Shown here: positions 41,461 to 52,205 of the stretch, in pieces | How the letters are laid out: every line of letters starts with the position of its first letter | Numbering within the stretch: the stretch's first letter is position 1 | Assembly (NCBI RefSeq): GCF_004765795.1 | Contig: NZ_SBIV01000011.1 | Coordinates: 1-64,000, forward strand | Direction of reading: 5' to 3' | DNA from: Halorussus marinus | Lineage (GTDB): Archaea; Halobacteriota; Halobacteria; Halobacteriales; Haladaptataceae | Length of the DNA stretch: 64,000 bases | The notes under the pieces: generated by a model | Database searches by the model: none | The model's input: only the letters and a program-made list of their open reading frames with translations | Told to the model about the DNA's origin: nothing | Position numbers and translations under genes: made by a program

Positions 41461-42693
41461 TCAGATCCCGACTGCTTGATGTAGCGCCCACTCGTTCGAT
41501 AGAACCTCGTCCTTGTCGTCGGTCCCACCTTCCGTGAGCAGTCCAATATGCCGGAGGTGGTATTTGAACTGAAAGTGAATGCCGGATTTGTACACGGTCG
41601 GATCGGTAAGCACGGATTCGTTGATGTCGCCGTCGGCCATGAGCACGTCCTCGCGCCTGGATTGGGTGATGAATACTTCTACGGCGAGTGGTTGGTTGAT
41701 GCGGCAGGCTTCTCGGACGACGGCGTCGATAGTAGCGGGTTTGATGCCGCGATGGTGGAGGCGTTCGAGAGCTTCGATGATGAGCTGCGTTGGCTCGTAC
41801 TGGATGGCGACTGAGCGGGCGAGTTGCGCCCAGCGAGGTGCGAGGTCGGTGAACGGTGTGGATCGGCCTTTCCAAGAGGCGAATTCGTCAAGTGCAGCAT
41901 CGACGGTTCCGTGTTGAGTGCGGGCGAAGCGGACGACTTCTGCACCGAGATGCGTGAGGGTCTCTCCACCGGGCTGATTATCGACGAGACCGAGAAGGAT
42001 AGCCCCGCGGCGGCCACCTGATACGCTGTTGATCACGTGCTCGGAGTAAACGTCAGGCGTGTCGTCATCTGCAGCGAGGGAGAGGGCGTAGCCGAGGTAG
42101 TTCTTCGGATGGTTGACTGGAAAACTGCCTTCGGTGAGTTGGTGCGTCGTGGCTTGAAACCGGATTGCGTCGATAGTGGTGGAGAAGTCGCCGACGCCCG
42201 TGACGCGAGCGGGTTCGATGAGCGTTGCGTCGTACGGGCTTTCGACGCCGATGACACCGATGTTAAGGTCGCGGGCCAGTGCCCGTGCCTGGTCGGTGAT
42301 GCTTTGGATAGGGGCAGCGACGTACCCGATGTTGACTTCGGACAAGTGGCCGTGCGCCTGGTTAATTCCAGTTCGGACATCAGCAGCACTCGGATCGCTG
42401 TTGTGGCCTTTCGCTTCGATTACCGTGACTGGGGTTGTTGCGGCGTCGGCGTTCAGGACTTCGAGAGCGGGCATTCCGACACCGAGGAGATCAGGTTCTC
42501 CGTCCGTGAGGCGAATCGTGTTGTACGGCGCGAGGCGACGATGTAATTCGTCAGGAATCTCCCACCCGCCCCACGAGGGTTTCGTGAACTGCGTTTCCGT
42601 GACAGCGTAATGGTCCGGGCTCGTATCGAGATCAGGGTAGAGAGTGTCCTTCGCGGCAGCGAGAACCGTGGGCTCGGTGAGAGTAGCTGCCAT
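41461..42693 (-). CDS. PD-(D/E)xK nuclease-like protein
   Basis: EPDLLG..VIEAKG..GINQA..YVAAP. Confidence 0.65.
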   Translation of the reverse strand: MAATLTEPTVLAAAKDTLYPDLDTSPDHYAVTETQFTKPSWGGWEIPDELHRRLAPYNTIRLTDGEPDLLGVGMPALEVLNADAATTPVTVIEAKGHNSDPSAADVRTGINQAHGHLSEVNIGYVAAPIQSITDQARALARDLNIGVIGVESPYDATLIEPARVTGVGDFSTTIDAIRFQATTHQLTEGSFPVNHPKNYLGYALSLAADDDTPDVYSEHVINSVSGGRRGAILLGLVDNQPGGETLTHLGAEVVRFARTQHGTVDAALDEFASWKGRSTPFTDLAPRWAQLARSVAIQYEPTQLIIEALERLHHRGIKPATIDAVVREACRINQPLAVEVFITQSRREDVLMADGDINESVLTDPTVYKSGIHFQFKYHLRHIGLLTEGGTDDKDEVLSNEWALHQAVGI

Positions 42694-42817
42694 TGCTACA
42701 GTCTTTCCCAACCTGTCGTCATTAAATTGGGCTGTCTGAGAATCATTCTAACCGTTCAAACGGGGACTCTTGTACAGAAAGCAGGGTCAGCTGGATATAG
42801 ACTTGATGCTAATGTCT

Positions 42818-45292
42818 CTATATCGAGTCGGTGTAGCTAATGATCGATTCCAACTGTGGTGTTGGGTCGTTCGCCCCTTCCATTAGCCGAACGATTGGGT
42901 CGAACGTCCCTTTTCGTAGACCCTCGTACTCCCGCCTGTCTTCGACTCTCTGCTTTCCCCGAAGCGCGATACGTGCCATTTCGGCTAGTCCAGCAGGATT
43001 GTAGTGTTCAAAGATGGCGGGATTGTCGAACAGGTCCGTGTCGCGTTGCTGTGAGAGTTCTCGATACCAGAACCCGTAGAACAATAATTCGAGCCCGGTA
43101 TCGAGGTCTCCCGGTAAGGAGAGGTCACGGTCAACTCGGTCGCCAAATGCAGAAAGTTGGTCTTCTAAGGTGCGTTCAAATTCAGACATCCGTCGTGAAA
43201 TGTGTTCACCGTTAATTAGAAGCTCTCCAATGAGCGGATCAGCTACTGTGAGGGCTTCGTGGTAGTGTCGGAGGAACCCGAACCGCTCAACGAAGGCGTC
43301 ATCGTGCCATTCCATCAGGGATAGAAGGGTCGCCGGATGGACGGCGAATACGCCTGTCAGCTGGTCTCTATCGAGCACGTCAGCGGTCGTGTCTGGTTCG
43401 ATTCGACGGATTTGGTTGAGACGAATTCTACTGCGTACCAAGAATTGGGAGGCGATGATCGTCTGAATACGATTTACACAGATCGAGTGAAGCCTCTCGA
43501 CGTTCAACTCGGTTTCGTAGGGTTCGTCGCCCGCCTGAAGTTGTGGAGAGAGCGCAGACCGAATTAATCCTTTAATGACGTAGTACCAGAGGTTGTCGAA
43601 GTGATCGAGGAGTTCTTCGACTGAGCGGACAGTTGGTGGTTCTTCGAGAAGCGTTTCAATTCGCTTCTGTGCGTAGTCCATCCCGTCTTTGAGCTCCAAA
43701 TGCGGTTTTCGTCGCTTTGTTGTGATTCGAGTGCCGCCAGTTGCCCAGCTTCCTTCCTCGGCGTCTTGATCAGCTATAGGGGCATCTGGGTTGTCCTGTC
43801 GCTGCTGGTATCTTTCTGTGAGTTTAGACGTTGCTTGGGAGATGGCTGCGGTCGCAACTCCGACGTCAAAAAAGAGGGCTTCATCTACGAGCGACTGGAT
43901 CCCCGCCCGGCCGTCGCTCCGTAGCAATTCGGTTACTTCTCGGGTTCCCTCGGTCGGTTCCGTCGTGATTTGGCGGAAATTTGAGTGTCTCTCATCGGAG
44001 AGACGGAGGCGAACGATTGACTGGGCCCACGTTTCTGGAAGCGAGATAGTAACGCCTTCTTGCTCATCATCACTATCTCGTTGCCAGTTGATCTGAAGGG
44101 TCTCTCCCCCGTCTGATTCGAGAATGACAGCATCTCCGTCGTCGATTTCTGGTGCGACGAACCGTGCTGTAATCATCTCACTTTCGAAGCGTTCGACACG
44201 CGCATCGTGAAGAGTTAGCGTAGCTGTTGAATTCTCCCGGCTGGCCGGCGTGTATTCGGCAAAGTCGAACGAGTCAGGGTTGCGCTGCTGCCCCGGGTGT
44301 GCGGGAAAACTCGATTGATGCCATAGCGATGATTCACCGTGCGTTTCGTTGGTCACCGAGAGCAGGGCGGCTTCAAGATTCCCGGATGACGCTGTATCGA
44401 GGAGAGCACGACCGGTGATGTTTGGGCTTCCATAGAGCGTTGCTCTGCCCCAGGGGCCTTCGAGCAGTAGTCCTTTGGCGTGAATCCAGCGGGAAGTATC
44501 GTGTTCAAGGGGTCGAAACGTGACGCTTTCACCAAACGCTGCGACTGCATCGCTAGGGCTGAGGTGCGTATTCCCATCAGAGACGAGCAGTTCGTATTGA
44601 TTGGCTTCAATTATCGTCTCGATGTTGGATAGTGTCTTTTCACTTCCAAAGAATGGCGCAAAGAATACTGCGGTAGTGATGTCACCTAACTCATCAATGA
44701 CCTGCTGGAGAATCGGTTCTTCGAGGTTGTGGAAGAAGCCACCGGAAACCTCAGTCGGTCGGTCGAGATCTTCCAGCCACTCGGTCGTATTCACTGCCCG
44801 GTCGATTTGCGTCCGAACGTCGTGTCCTGAGACGTGATCGGCGGCAAGATGTTGTATAAACCGGCGCACATCTTTTGTTACGTGAATCGCTTCTGGGGGA
44901 CGTGAATCTTCGTCGTCGTCCAATTCCTTTGAAACCGTTATCGTTCGTCCCAGTTGTGCTGCCGTCGAATATTCTCCAAGGGTAAGATTGGCCGAGGAGA
45001 CTCCGACGTGACATGCCTCCTCTCCGGCGAGGAAATTGACTTTTGGATGGAATGTGCCGCTGACGCTGATTGGCTCTAGGTAGTAGTGGTTGCCGATTGC
45101 GCGACTCGACAGCTGATTGCGACGGGCTAACTGTTCGTATTTCTGCCCGTCCATGAGGACGACCGGTGTGACGACGCCCGCGTCTTGCAGCGGGTCAATT
45201 GCGTAGTTCCCGAAGAAAAGCGGCTCAAATGGGAACGTGGTGCAGACTGCGTATTCTACGTCTGCACCACCAAGGGCATCGATAAGATTCAC
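42818..45292 (-). CDS. Phospholipase D-family nuclease-like protein (two HxK motifs)
   Basis: TFHPKV..SSANLT and WIHAKG..GSPNIT..NLEA. Confidence 0.8.
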   Translation of the reverse strand: MNLIDALGGADVEYAVCTTFPFEPLFFGNYAIDPLQDAGVVTPVVLMDGQKYEQLARRNQLSSRAIGNHYYLEPISVSGTFHPKVNFLAGEEACHVGVSSANLTLGEYSTAAQLGRTITVSKELDDDEDSRPPEAIHVTKDVRRFIQHLAADHVSGHDVRTQIDRAVNTTEWLEDLDRPTEVSGGFFHNLEEPILQQVIDELGDITTAVFFAPFFGSEKTLSNIETIIEANQYELLVSDGNTHLSPSDAVAAFGESVTFRPLEHDTSRWIHAKGLLLEGPWGRATLYGSPNITGRALLDTASSGNLEAALLSVTNETHGESSLWHQSSFPAHPGQQRNPDSFDFAEYTPASRENSTATLTLHDARVERFESEMITARFVAPEIDDGDAVILESDGGETLQINWQRDSDDEQEGVTISLPETWAQSIVRLRLSDERHSNFRQITTEPTEGTREVTELLRSDGRAGIQSLVDEALFFDVGVATAAISQATSKLTERYQQRQDNPDAPIADQDAEEGSWATGGTRITTKRRKPHLELKDGMDYAQKRIETLLEEPPTVRSVEELLDHFDNLWYYVIKGLIRSALSPQLQAGDEPYETELNVERLHSICVNRIQTIIASQFLVRSRIRLNQIRRIEPDTTADVLDRDQLTGVFAVHPATLLSLMEWHDDAFVERFGFLRHYHEALTVADPLIGELLINGEHISRRMSEFERTLEDQLSAFGDRVDRDLSLPGDLDTGLELLFYGFWYRELSQQRDTDLFDNPAIFEHYNPAGLAEMARIALRGKQRVEDRREYEGLRKGTFDPIVRLMEGANDPTPQLESIISYTDSI

Positions 45293-47193
45293 TCGTATTC
45301 ACCTCGGAACCGGTCGAGGATGATCTCACCATCCTGCGTCGGTACCCAGAGGTCTCGGTCCTCATTGTACGTCAACAACCCCGCATCCCGCATGAGCCGA
45401 CGGAGGTCATTGTAACGGAGGGCTTGGGTTCCGGGTTGTTTCGTCCCTCCTGCGGCGTAGAGTGTGTCATCACTGTACTCCGTTGCTTCCCCACCAGAAT
45501 CTGCCCCGACACCGAACACAAGCGAAATCGGTCCGCTTCCAAGCCGATCATGGATCACTTGGTTGTGAACGTCGATAACCCGATCCGCCAACACCTCGCG
45601 TGCAACAGTGATGAGTGGCGTGTCTGGAGGAATGCTACCCACGTACTGAGCGGTACGGACGATTGAAGAGGGTCTACGCCCGTATTGGGCCTGCATATAT
45701 CGATTGAAGAGGTCATTATGAGCGGTCAAGTGGTTGTACTGTCTGACGACCGCGAGAAGTTGAACCAAACTCCGAGCGACGAGGGTGCTCATTGCGTCAA
45801 ATGCCTCGGATGGCGAGGAGGCAGCTTCAATTCCCGTAAAACTGTGCTCAGTCGCGTGTAGCAGCGTCCAACAATTTACGGTATTGTCTGTCGTTGGTCG
45901 CCATTCGCCAGCGAGATTTGAGTCCAACCACTCTTGAATCTCTCCGAGCGTCGTGCCGATTATTGTGGTTGTCTCCGGAACAGTGGTCTCGTAGGTAGTG
46001 GGTTTCACGCGGCCTGCAAGAAGCAATTCCTTCGTAACTCCGGACTGACTCATGCGTCCATCATCAAGTATGGTTTCGGTCTGAAGAACTGCGTTTGCCT
46101 CATCGACGAGTAAAGGTTCTTTCAGCCCAGAAAGTAGCTCCGAGCGGGACGTGCCGCCAGGAGCTTCGCGTTCTAGGTGAGCAGACAGACCCCATAGCTG
46201 AGATCGGAGTGCGTGGGCCAGCAGTACTTGAAGGAAGTAGGCGCGTCCGATTGGACGAAACGGTTGAAATCGCTCAGCGTCAACGTCGTCATATTGGAGC
46301 ACCTCTTGGTCGGTGTTACCTTGCAGTAACTGGTGAGCCCTCAAAATCGATAGGCACCAAGCACGTCGAAAGTAGTGAACCCCGCCGACGACAGCATCCT
46401 TCAAATCGTTTGAATGCCGTTCTTCAGAAATGAGGTAGCGATAGTGATCTCCGATGGGGATGTCGAGTTGAGAAGGCCACTCGGCGAGTGATACAGTCTG
46501 TTCTCGTTCTTCCCAATCGAGGACTCCGAGAACTACGCGCTGTAGAGAATCCCGTTCAGACGGGTTGTCTGAGCCAGTAAAGCATCCCTGGTGACTAAAG
46601 GCATCTGCCAGTTCGTCAAGTAAATCAAGCGAGACTTCCCCGGTCTGAATTGCTTCAAGTATCTGGTCGAAATATTCGCCCGCGACGACATCCAAACTCT
46701 CTGCGAGTGACCGTCCAGCAGCCGTGAGAGCGAACTCCCCCTCTTTTAACGAGAAGTTCCCGAGATTGGACTGGAATCCACGAATTGCGTACTGGCTTTT
46801 GTCCAACAGCGAGAAAGACGATAGGTCAATGCTCTCCACTTCGTACAGATTGTCGTCTGAGGCGTTCGTTTTCCCCGTTAATCCCGAGAGACCATCTCGG
46901 ACTTCACCATTGACTTGCTGACGCCGATAGCTTGCGAGCGCGAGGATTTCTTCGAACCCCTTCAGAAGCCGTCGCTTTTCTGATCTGGGAAGTTCACCAG
47001 TTGTTGACGCAGTCGAAATTCGATGCATTGCCCAGCAAAATCCCGAAAGATACCGTCCTCGTGCGCGGACATCTGTAGTTATTCCTCGTGCAATTGTGCT
47101 TGCGATCCCATTACGGACGCTATCAGCCCGGAGTGGCTGTTCTGGTGGCCCCGTTTTAGATAATCGCTCGCTCCATTGCGGGTCGAGCGCCAT
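45289..47193 (-). CDS. Hypothetical protein (DUF6361-like N-terminus), coupled to the PLD gene
   Basis: QPLRAD..IARGITTDVRARGRYLSGFCW; GTGA overlap with the PLD gene. Confidence 0.55.
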   Translation of the reverse strand: MALDPQWSERLSKTGPPEQPLRADSVRNGIASTIARGITTDVRARGRYLSGFCWAMHRISTASTTGELPRSEKRRLLKGFEEILALASYRRQQVNGEVRDGLSGLTGKTNASDDNLYEVESIDLSSFSLLDKSQYAIRGFQSNLGNFSLKEGEFALTAAGRSLAESLDVVAGEYFDQILEAIQTGEVSLDLLDELADAFSHQGCFTGSDNPSERDSLQRVVLGVLDWEEREQTVSLAEWPSQLDIPIGDHYRYLISEERHSNDLKDAVVGGVHYFRRAWCLSILRAHQLLQGNTDQEVLQYDDVDAERFQPFRPIGRAYFLQVLLAHALRSQLWGLSAHLEREAPGGTSRSELLSGLKEPLLVDEANAVLQTETILDDGRMSQSGVTKELLLAGRVKPTTYETTVPETTTIIGTTLGEIQEWLDSNLAGEWRPTTDNTVNCWTLLHATEHSFTGIEAASSPSEAFDAMSTLVARSLVQLLAVVRQYNHLTAHNDLFNRYMQAQYGRRPSSIVRTAQYVGSIPPDTPLITVAREVLADRVIDVHNQVIHDRLGSGPISLVFGVGADSGGEATEYSDDTLYAAGGTKQPGTQALRYNDLRRLMRDAGLLTYNEDRDLWVPTQDGEIILDRFRGEYE

Positions 47194-47527
47194 TATTATC
47201 CGTTGATTCTGTAGGTGGCGTGATAAAATAACGGGCTCACAGAAATTCTAGGTTGTAGCACGCCAGATGGTAGAACAGTGGTTCAGCAGACGATGATTAG
47301 GAGTAGAAGACGACGGGTGTCGAGTGGTTCTTACAGCATCGTTATAGCTATTGAAATTGTCGCAAGTCATCTGTCTCAGCTATAGCATTCTCTACCCGGA
47401 CAACTTAGCGCGGGGCATAGACGCTTTACTGACAAACTGCAAGGCTGGAACGAACACGCCTTCTAAAAGGGCCGTAAGGGTACGACTCAGAGGACGGAAC
47501 AGACCACCGGCAGAGACGTATGGGTTT

Positions 47528-49204
47528 TCAGCAGATCAGTAAGAACAACCAGAACGGCAGATAGCAGATGCTGATCTCGTCCTTCTCGATGACTAAGGAT
47601 TCGTCCTCTCTAACTTCCTTCGGCAGGCTGTCGGTGATGATGAACCGGTACGGTGCCTGGTAATCCAAGTCTCGGAGATCTTCACTATCGGATTCGGTGT
47701 GTTGGCCAGAGCCGGGGTCGAAGTCTTCGGCGATTGTTTCGGCGTTACCGGTGTGTGGGTGGTAGGAGAGGATGAAGGGGAGGACGTCCCCGTTGCGGTG
47801 GAGGATGTAGTCAATAAGGCCGGATTCGGTTTCTGTGTATTCGACGTCGTATGCTCCGACGGTGTATGCGAGGCGTTTGGCGTGGTCGAAGGCGACGGTG
47901 CGGGCGAGTTTGTACTCGAATTCATGGTTGAGCGTGTCTTGCTGTTCGTAGCCTTCGAAGCCGTGGTGTTCCTGCCGCTGTGAGAGGAGGACGAGGTGAC
48001 GTGGGTTGCGGAGATACAGGCGGGTGCGGCGGTAGCGTCGCAGGGAGTAGTCTTGTGATTCGGTGACGGCGATGCCTTCATCGAGTACGTCGAGGTAGTT
48101 GTCGACGGTTCGCCTGTCGACGCCGATTTGATCGCTGAGGTCAGTGTACTGGAGTTCTTCACCGGCGTTGGTGGCGGCGATGGAGCTGAGGCGGTGGAGG
48201 TTTTCGGGTTGTTGGATGGACCGGTACTTGGCGAGTTCTTTGTAGAGGAAGAGGAGGAAGTGAGATTTGGAGAGTTCGTTCCGGATCGATGGGTTGTCTG
48301 TCTGATGGAGAGTGCCGCCTGTGCGGAGGTATGCGCGCGCGGCGTCGTGAAGGTTGTCGCGGTCGTCCGCACCGAAAATGTCGAAGCAGAGTTCTGAGAG
48401 TGCCTCAACGGCCGTGTCGAGCCTGGTTTCAGAATCTCTTCTGGACAGCCCGGTTCGAATCGTCTTGATCGGCGATGGCCCGTCTAAGTCTGATGATTGG
48501 TATTGTTCGAGTCGGGTTCGGAATTCGTCATCGAAATCGACGCCGAGGCCTGCGCCGATTTGAACCGTGTCGATGAATTTCATCGGGAGGATCGGCCACA
48601 GTTCGAATTCCTCGACGGTGTCGGCGGATTCGGTAGTGGAGAGATCGACTTGGGATTCGACGATGCCGGTCAGGAATACGTACGTGTTCTCGTCAACGAG
48701 ATCGAGTAGCTCCGCTTTTTGATCCTCGTTGAGGTCAAGGGCTTGGACATCGTCGAGGAGGATGAATTTTTGTCCTTGCCGGGGTGCGACGTGGGTCTGG
48801 AAGTAGTCGATGACCTGGTTGAGGCGTTTGATGTCGTCGCCTGCGCGTTCGAGCTGGTAGAGGGAGTCTTCTAGGGGGATGTAGAGGATTTGCCGCGGTT
48901 CGATTGCAGAGGTGAGTTCGAGGTCTGTGTTTTGGTGTGGGAAGTTGGTCGTGTTGAGGAGCGCTGCGACGAGTTGGTGGAGAAGGGTGGTTTTGCCGAT
49001 GCCGGTCTGGCCGTGAATCGCGTAGACGAGACTCTCGACGCCGTCAGTGTAGTGGGCATTCGTCGTTTTGAGAACGCGGTGGAAATCAGATCGTGGGATG
49101 AGGTCTGTGGCTTCCGATAGTTCTGGAGAGGTGCCGTCACTCCACCACTGGTTGTGGTGTTCGGCGTCGTCGATGAACTCTTCTGCGCTCCCTGTCCCGA
49201 GCAT
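47528..49204 (-). CDS. AAA+ ATPase (AAA_14/DUF4143-like)
   Basis: GQTGIGKTT, ILLDDVQ; HTH GVDRRTVDNYLDVL. Confidence 0.8.
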   Translation of the reverse strand: MLGTGSAEEFIDDAEHHNQWWSDGTSPELSEATDLIPRSDFHRVLKTTNAHYTDGVESLVYAIHGQTGIGKTTLLHQLVAALLNTTNFPHQNTDLELTSAIEPRQILYIPLEDSLYQLERAGDDIKRLNQVIDYFQTHVAPRQGQKFILLDDVQALDLNEDQKAELLDLVDENTYVFLTGIVESQVDLSTTESADTVEEFELWPILPMKFIDTVQIGAGLGVDFDDEFRTRLEQYQSSDLDGPSPIKTIRTGLSRRDSETRLDTAVEALSELCFDIFGADDRDNLHDAARAYLRTGGTLHQTDNPSIRNELSKSHFLLFLYKELAKYRSIQQPENLHRLSSIAATNAGEELQYTDLSDQIGVDRRTVDNYLDVLDEGIAVTESQDYSLRRYRRTRLYLRNPRHLVLLSQRQEHHGFEGYEQQDTLNHEFEYKLARTVAFDHAKRLAYTVGAYDVEYTETESGLIDYILHRNGDVLPFILSYHPHTGNAETIAEDFDPGSGQHTESDSEDLRDLDYQAPYRFIITDSLPKEVREDESLVIEKDEISICYLPFWLFLLIC

Positions 49205-49463
49205 ACAGTCGATTATTATAGGCTAGTACAAATATTCACGCATCTCGATGTCGCTATTCAGATTCTACTGTAGCTCTGCTGGCTATCTGGCCCAGTGTGG
49301 CAGTCTTTCGGTCCTCGGCGTCGTTCGACACTCCCTCAGAAGTGCCTCATCGGCGCGTCCCGAGGCGCTTTCTTTGAGTGTATTACCGCTAAAGTTGAGT
49401 TACCGTGTCTGAAGTTCGCCTAGTGGAAACCTATTTATTCTGGGCGTCCGTTGGTGGGCGTAG

Positions 49464-52142
49464 ATGGCAGTCAAGGCTGATATCGAGGATGGGAAAGAGA
49501 TCGACATCGCGCTGCGCGTCACAGGGATTGACGAGTGGGAGCACGATGCCATCGCTCGGAAGGTCCAGTTCGAGGACGTCGACGGCGCGGCGGTAGATCT
49601 GACAGTGTTCCACAACAACGATGTCGCGGACTTCGAGTGGCAGATCGGGGAGTGGTATCTCCTGGAGAACGTCGTCGGGAACGAGTTCCAGGGGGAGATG
49701 CAACTCAACCCAGGGTATGACCTCACTGTCACGCTGTTAGACGACCCTCCAGCCGCTGCCGAGAACGACGAGTTAGCCGAAGGTGATCCCGCGGAAGACT
49801 CTGTCGAGCAGTCCAAAGGGAGTGGGACTGCCGCGACAACATCGGATGCGTCCGATACTGAGGAGTTCGTTCGCGGAAGCGAGGTCGATGGTAATTCGCG
49901 GCCGACGGCTGATGGAGGCGGCGAGCTCCTGCATCAACAGCCGCTCTCAGACGGGAACTACCTGCTGCAGTTCGAGCTCGGAAAGTTGCCGGAGCTAACG
50001 GTCCACGAGTACGAACTCCGAGCGAGCGGGAGTGGCGGGATCGACCCTGACGATTTCACGAACGGGATTGAGGGGTTCTCGGCGAAGGCGGCGAACTACT
50101 ACCAGTCGCGGATCGGGAGTCCCGTGACGACGGCCGATGCGTCGCAGCGGCGTATCTACGCGACCGAGAAACTCAACAGCCCGATCTCGATTCACGGGTA
50201 TACGGTGAAGCCGGTCCATCAGGGCGAGACGACACTGGAAGCGCGCTCGTACACGGACGATGGGCCGCTACAGGAGTTCGTCAAGCAGGACGTGAAACGA
50301 GCCGTTACCGGGCGGTTCGAGGTGTCGGGGATCGATTCGATCATCGAGCCCACGCCGCAGCGGACCGCGAACAGCGGGCTGTTCGAAGCCTATCGGAAGT
50401 ACAAGTGCCGGATTCGTGTCGATGCTGACGGGACCGTGATTTGCGGCGTGAACGTCGCGTACCACTTGGAATCGACGTTCTCAGCCGCCGAGTGGGTGCA
50501 ACGCGGACAGGACATCGCCGATGTGACCGTTGAGCACGACACGGACCTGTACGACAGTGCACGCACGGCGACAGTCCAGGAGATCATCGACATGGACTAT
50601 GATGATGTGCTGGACGGGCCGGGCGTCCCGATGTCGGAGTACCACGAGAAACACGTCGATCAGGACGTCATCGATTCGATGCGAGCCGGCGACCCGGTCA
50701 TCGCTGATCTGCAGTACGGAAGCGGCGAGGACTCGATCTTCCCGCAGCTCTTGGAGTACTGTAAGGTCATCCCGACGTTCGACCAGTTGGGTCGCGTCGA
50801 TGACGCGTTCCTGGACGTCATCCACAACGAGAGCCGGATGAAACCCGAGGAACGTTTCAACGTCGTCACGTCGTTCGTCGACTTGCTCGGTCCGACACCG
50901 TACTTCAACTTCGACCCAAGCCCCCAACCCACGAACGCCGGGTATCGAGAACACAAGACGCCGGACATCCCGAACCTGCGGTTCGGTGGCGGACAAACGG
51001 GGTACTACGGGGCTGGCGGGCTGGAACGGAAGGGCTACGGCGTGTACAAGGCTCCAGAGTCATTCGACATCATCGCGCTGTATCCCGAAGACGAGGAGGA
51101 TGACGCGCGGCCGTACGTGCTCTCGCTGCTCAACAAGCTCGCAGAGTACAATGCGAGTCCAACAGCGTTCGACCGCGACACCTACGAACTCGGTTCGGAG
51201 TTCCACTACTCCCAGCCCGCGCAGAAAGCGAGTGACTACGATGCGGCACTGATCGTCGTTCCGGACGAAGACGAGGCTGCAGAAGCGGACTACGACGACC
51301 CGTATCCCGAGTTCAAGCGACGGCTCGGCCAACTCGGCGTGCCGAGTCAGATGATCTCCGTCGACAATCTCGGCAACGACAACTACCGCGGGAACATCTG
51401 CTCGTCCCTCATCGGGAAAGCGGGCGGGGTGCCGTGGCGGATCGACGACGTTCCTGGGGGCGTTGACGCGTTCGTCGGCCTCGACGTGACCTACGATCAC
51501 GCGACCAAGCAACACCTCGGCGCAGCCGCGAACGTCATCATGGCCGACGGAACCATCCTCGCGTCCGAGGCCGTCACGAAGCAGGCTGGCGAGACGTTCG
51601 ACGAGGACGACGTAGCGAACGTCATCAAGCACGTCCTGGAAATCTTCGCCGAAGAGGAAGGCCGACCACCGCGGCACGTGGTCATCCACCGTGACGGGAA
51701 GTTCTACCTCGACGTCGAGAGCCTCATCAACCGCCTCGACAAAGCCCGGGATCTCATCCAGCGGTTCGACCTCGTCGAGATTCGGAAATCCGGGAATCCC
51801 CGTATCGCCGAGTACGACGAGTCGAAATCCCGGTTCGATATCGCGGACAAGGGCGTCGCTTTCCACGTCCACAACGGCGACCACTCCTACCTGACCACGA
51901 CCGGTGGGAAGGAGGGCAGCCCTGGTACGCCACGACCGCTGCAGATCGTGAAACGCCACGGGTCGACAGACCTCGACACGCTCGCGGAGCAAACCTACTG
52001 GCTGTCTGAAGCGCACGTCGGGTCGCTGAGCCGCTCCACCCGGCTTCCCATCACCACGTACTACGCCGACAAGTGCGCCGACTTCGCCATGAAGGGCTAC
52101 CTCACCAAGGGGAGCGTCATCCGCGGCGTCCCGTACATCTGA
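49464..52142 (+). CDS. ago: Long prokaryotic Argonaute with an N-terminal OB-fold (NgAgo-like) and putative intact DEDD tetrad
   Basis: MID motif YPEFKRRL..VPSQMI..KAGGVPW; PIWI motifs GLDV, GETF, HRDG and RLPITTYYADK; OB-like N-terminus. Confidence 0.93.
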   Translation: MAVKADIEDGKEIDIALRVTGIDEWEHDAIARKVQFEDVDGAAVDLTVFHNNDVADFEWQIGEWYLLENVVGNEFQGEMQLNPGYDLTVTLLDDPPAAAENDELAEGDPAEDSVEQSKGSGTAATTSDASDTEEFVRGSEVDGNSRPTADGGGELLHQQPLSDGNYLLQFELGKLPELTVHEYELRASGSGGIDPDDFTNGIEGFSAKAANYYQSRIGSPVTTADASQRRIYATEKLNSPISIHGYTVKPVHQGETTLEARSYTDDGPLQEFVKQDVKRAVTGRFEVSGIDSIIEPTPQRTANSGLFEAYRKYKCRIRVDADGTVICGVNVAYHLESTFSAAEWVQRGQDIADVTVEHDTDLYDSARTATVQEIIDMDYDDVLDGPGVPMSEYHEKHVDQDVIDSMRAGDPVIADLQYGSGEDSIFPQLLEYCKVIPTFDQLGRVDDAFLDVIHNESRMKPEERFNVVTSFVDLLGPTPYFNFDPSPQPTNAGYREHKTPDIPNLRFGGGQTGYYGAGGLERKGYGVYKAPESFDIIALYPEDEEDDARPYVLSLLNKLAEYNASPTAFDRDTYELGSEFHYSQPAQKASDYDAALIVVPDEDEAAEADYDDPYPEFKRRLGQLGVPSQMISVDNLGNDNYRGNICSSLIGKAGGVPWRIDDVPGGVDAFVGLDVTYDHATKQHLGAAANVIMADGTILASEAVTKQAGETFDEDDVANVIKHVLEIFAEEEGRPPRHVVIHRDGKFYLDVESLINRLDKARDLIQRFDLVEIRKSGNPRIAEYDESKSRFDIADKGVAFHVHNGDHSYLTTTGGKEGSPGTPRPLQIVKRHGSTDLDTLAEQTYWLSEAHVGSLSRSTRLPITTYYADKCADFAMKGYLTKGSVIRGVPYI

Positions 52143-52205
52143 CCATGCGCCAGTACAGAACCACCCAACCACTCACGCATCCGTCGACACACCGGTAACC
52201 CTCGC

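Noticed and set aside
51060..52172. 370-aa - strand ORF
   Set aside because: Antisense to the PIWI domain; a codon-bias artefact.
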